NCBI GenBank assembly: GCA_963719225.1
Contig: CAVRAY010000001.1
Span: forward strand, 2,176,001-2,240,000
Source of the DNA: Thermoanaerobaculia bacterium
GTDB taxonomy: Bacteria > Acidobacteriota > Thermoanaerobaculia > UBA5066
Direction of reading: 5' to 3'
DNA: 64,000 bases
Positions 61,098 to 64,000 of this stretch are shown here, one piece after another. How positions within the stretch are numbered: the first letter of the stretch is position 1; each line of letters opens with the position of its first letter. The notes beneath the pieces were generated by a model that saw only the letters and a program-made list of their open reading frames with translations, was not told the origin of the DNA and searched no databases. The translations under genes were made by a program, and so were the position numbers.

Positions 61098-61694
61098 TCA
61101 ACTCGCGAGCGAAAGAAAGTGGAATGCCGCGATCACCAAAGAATGCGTGATGGCTCCCCGCCGGATGAGGCCCGGGATGCGGGCCAACGGCACGAGCTCG
61201 ACGGCCAGGTCTTCGCCTTCGTCGGGGATGAGCTCCCCCACGGGGCGGCACCCCTTCGCGAGATAGGTCGTGCACCGATTCGAGAGGATGGCGGGATTCG
61301 GCTCCACGACCCCGAGCCGCTTCCAGCTCCGCGCCACGTGCCCCGTCTCCTCGCGCAGCTCGCGTCGGCCGGCGACCAGAGCCGAGCCGTCGTGGGTCTC
61401 CACGCCGCCGCCCGGGATTTCCAGCGTGACCGTGCGCGTGCCCGCCCGGAACTGCCTGACGAGGACGACCTCGTTCCGATCCGTCAATGCGATGACGTTC
61501 ACCCAGTCGGGGCAGTCGAGGACGTAGAACGGGTGCGGAAGACCAGTTCTCGGCGAGCGCAGGATCTCGCGCCGCACCGAAAAGACCTTGAAGCTGCCGA
61601 GCGCCTCGCGGGAGACGACCGGCCAGATTGAGGGAATCGTCCGAAAAACACCGGGCGAGATTTGCTTAGAAGACGAGCCCCTCTTCCCTTTCAA
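61098..61694 (-). CDS. NUDIX hydrolase (ADP-ribose pyrophosphatase-like; start uncertain)
   Basis: VLVRQFR, LEIPGG...RRELREETG. Confidence 0.9.
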   Translation of the reverse strand: MKGKRGSSSKQISPGVFRTIPSIWPVVSREALGSFKVFSVRREILRSPRTGLPHPFYVLDCPDWVNVIALTDRNEVVLVRQFRAGTRTVTLEIPGGGVETHDGSALVAGRRELREETGHVARSWKRLGVVEPNPAILSNRCTTYLAKGCRPVGELIPDEGEDLAVELVPLARIPGLIRRGAITHSLVIAAFHFLSLAS

Positions 61695-61715
61695 AGAAAT
61701 CTTCTCTTCGTCTTC

Positions 61716-62471
61716 TCAGCCGTTCCCGAAGCCCGTGATGATGTAGGAGCCGCTCTTGGCGTCGCGTTTCAGCGAGATGACTTTCGCCTTCTCGGCGGCC
61801 TCGAGCAGCTCCGAGAACGCGCGGAAACCGTAATAGCTCTCGTTGAACGACGGATTCTTGCGCTGCATGGTCTGCTTGACCATCGAGCCCCAGAGGATTT
61901 CCTTGTTCTCGCGCTTCAACGCGAGGATGGAGTCCATCAGGAGGGAGAACGCTTCGGCCGTCTTCTCCGGCAGGCCCTGGAGAGACGCCGTCTTCGACTT
62001 CTCGCGAACGAGGTCCTCGTAATAGAGGAACTCGTCGCAGTTGTCGATGAGGAGCTCCGACGTCGAACCCTTCACGCCGAAGCCCAGGACCTGCTTGTTG
62101 TTCTCCTTCAGCTTCGAGACGAGAGGGGAAAAATCCGAGTCGCCGGATCCGATGACGAACGTCGTGATGTGCTCCTTGTTCGAGGCGAGGTCCATCGCGT
62201 CGACGACCATCCGGATGTCTGCGGAGTTCTTTCCGGTCATGCGGTGCTGCGGGATGTCGATGAGCTCGAACGCGCTCTCGTGAAACGCGCGCTTGTATTC
62301 CAGGTAGCGGCTCCAGTCGGCATACGCCCGCTTGACGACGATCTTCCCCTTCTCGAGGAGCCGCGAGATGAGGAGCTTGACGTCGAACTTCGGATGTCCG
62401 CTCTCGCGCAATCCGATGAGGAGGTTGTCGATGTCGATGAAGAGGGCGAGGTTCTGTTCTTCCTGATTCAT
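61716..62471 (-). CDS. NYN-domain (LabA/DUF88) protein with OST-HTH
   Basis: ALFIDIDN, GKNSADIRMVVDAMD, SGDSDFSPL, SFNESYYGF. Confidence 0.92.
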   Translation of the reverse strand: MNQEEQNLALFIDIDNLLIGLRESGHPKFDVKLLISRLLEKGKIVVKRAYADWSRYLEYKRAFHESAFELIDIPQHRMTGKNSADIRMVVDAMDLASNKEHITTFVIGSGDSDFSPLVSKLKENNKQVLGFGVKGSTSELLIDNCDEFLYYEDLVREKSKTASLQGLPEKTAEAFSLLMDSILALKRENKEILWGSMVKQTMQRKNPSFNESYYGFRAFSELLEAAEKAKVISLKRDAKSGSYIITGFGNG

Positions 62472-62748
62472 GGCTCCTGCCGGTGGCGGGGTTCCCATCC
62501 CCTCGATGAAATTCGACGGGGCGGAAACAGGGGACGGGGGCGCAAAAACGGGCTCGGCTTCGGGAAACGGGGCGTCGGCGAGGTCCTCGGGTGTCTTTGG
62601 CGGGACGCCCGAGCGTCCGCGCCCGCCGCGGCGGCGGCGCCGGGCGCCGCCCGCGGCCTTCGGGGCGGCGTCGCTCACGAAACCTCTGTCACGGAGCGCC
62701 ATTGTCGCACGGATCGGGCTTGCGCGGCCTGATGCGAGAATCCGGACC

Positions 62749-63729
62749 ATGGAGTCTCCTCCTCTTCTTTTCGATCTCACGGGCCGCGGCGCGGTCGTCC
62801 TCACCGGAAAGGACCGCGCTTCGTACCTTCACGGCCTCGTCACGAACGACATCAAGAATCTGACCCCGGGCACCGGCTGCGCGGCGGCCTTCCTGACGCC
62901 GAAGGGAAAGCTCCTGGCCGACTGCGTCGTCCTGGGCGAGGAGGACCGCCTCGAGATCGACTGCGAGCCGGAGCTCGCGAAGAAGATCGAAGATTTGCTT
63001 CGGAAGTATCTGGTATTCAACGAGGTCGAGATCGGGACTCTCACATCGGAGACGGCCGTCTTTCACCTCCAGCATTCGGCGGCGGGTGACGCGGTCGAAG
63101 ATTTTCTGAGAAGGGTAATAGGGGAAGGAGAGCTCCGGCCCGCCGTGGCGTTGCCGGACACGCCGCACGCCCACGTCATGGCGTTAATTTCCGGCGACGT
63201 CCGCCTCGTTCGCGAGAACCGCACCGGCATCCCGGGCTACGACGTCCGCTTCCCCTCTTCCCACTCAGAAGAAATCCGAAAAGCATTCCTCGCCGCCGGG
63301 GCGCGGCAGGCCTCGGACGCCGAATTGGAAAGCCTGCGCATCCGGGCCGGCATCCCGCGCTGGGGCTTCGAGCTGACGGAAGCCGTCCTGCCTGACGAAG
63401 CCGGGCTGAGGGAGCGGGGCTTCATCTCCGACAGCAAGGGCTGCTACATCGGACAGGAGACGGTGGCCCGCATCAAGACGTACGGTCACGTGAACCGAAG
63501 CCTCGTGCGCCTGCTTCTCGAGGGGGAAGCTCCCGCGGCCGGCAGCGAGATCCTCTTCGAGGGGGAGAAGGCCGGAGCCGTGACGAGCGCCGCCCCGGGG
63601 GCGGCATCCGCTCCGGCCACCGCCCTTGCGTACGTCCGGCGAGAGCGCGCCGCTCCCGGAACGCGGCTCCTCGTCCGCACGAGAGAAGGCGACCGCCCCG
63701 CGACGGTGTCGCCGCCGCCCGTTGCCTGA
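62749..63729 (+). CDS. ygfZ: YgfZ/GcvT-like folate-binding protein
   Basis: LHGLVTND, LTPKGK, KGCYIGQE.VARI. Confidence 0.88.
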   Translation: MESPPLLFDLTGRGAVVLTGKDRASYLHGLVTNDIKNLTPGTGCAAAFLTPKGKLLADCVVLGEEDRLEIDCEPELAKKIEDLLRKYLVFNEVEIGTLTSETAVFHLQHSAAGDAVEDFLRRVIGEGELRPAVALPDTPHAHVMALISGDVRLVRENRTGIPGYDVRFPSSHSEEIRKAFLAAGARQASDAELESLRIRAGIPRWGFELTEAVLPDEAGLRERGFISDSKGCYIGQETVARIKTYGHVNRSLVRLLLEGEAPAAGSEILFEGEKAGAVTSAAPGAASAPATALAYVRRERAAPGTRLLVRTREGDRPATVSPPPVA

Positions 63730-64000
63730 GTCCCGCCCGCGTCCGCGCGCGGACGGCCGGGCGATCGCCGCCCTCATCGCCGTCCAGGTCTGCTTCGGCA
63801 CGTTTCCGGTATTCGGGAAGCTCGCGCTCGCCGAAACGCCCCCGATGGTCCTCGCCGCGATGCGCGCGGTCGCCGGCGCGATCGTCCTCACGCTCCTCGC
63901 ACGCGTTCTGGCACCCGAGGAGAAGCCCCCCGAGCCGCGCGACCGCCGCATGCTCATCGTCCTGTCGCTGTTCGGCATCGTCGCGAACCAGACGTTGTTC
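63722..64000 (+). CDS. DMT/EamA-family transporter (3' truncated by window)
   Basis: ALIAVQVCFGTFPVFGKLAL...LAAMR...LFGIVANQ. Confidence 0.75.
   Translation, partial: MPESRPRPRADGRAIAALIAVQVCFGTFPVFGKLALAETPPMVLAAMRAVAGAIVLTLLARVLAPEEKPPEPRDRRMLIVLSLFGIVANQTLF

Overview
High-GC bacterial window; gene content is suggestive of Acidobacteriota/Thermoanaerobaculia, but taxonomy is not provable here. Layout: (i) 1-5.4 kb, a Liv-type ABC operon plus an MFS gene, with many apparent indels. (ii) 5.4-16.0 kb, a minus-strand stress/carbohydrate block (P-type H+-ATPase, zwf, pgm, PRC-barrel, GH144-like, USP, SpoIIAA-like, methyltransferase, Hsp20-like fragment) bracketed by two diverged copies of the MFS 3' end. 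(iii) A second Liv-type operon (porin and binding protein, then livHMGF and an acyl-CoA synthetase) split by a ~16.7 kb integron-like cassette array with 13 clear cassettes and a decayed tail. The array has an attI-like site but no integrase in the window; a small uncharacterised gene and an IS5 sit where intI is expected. Four copies of an IS1111/IS110 element sit in attC sites, and their non-coding end carries readable target and donor guide segments (bridge/seek RNA). (iv) 40-64 kb, core-like genes including a probable OsmC-type selenoprotein, an archaeal-type GAPDH homologue and an atypical sigma-54 signalling cluster. This region is peppered with a recurrent CTTCTAAGAAATC-like motif in purine/pyrimidine-skewed tracts, mostly inside coding sequences. 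Coordinates were read by eye and no database searches were run.
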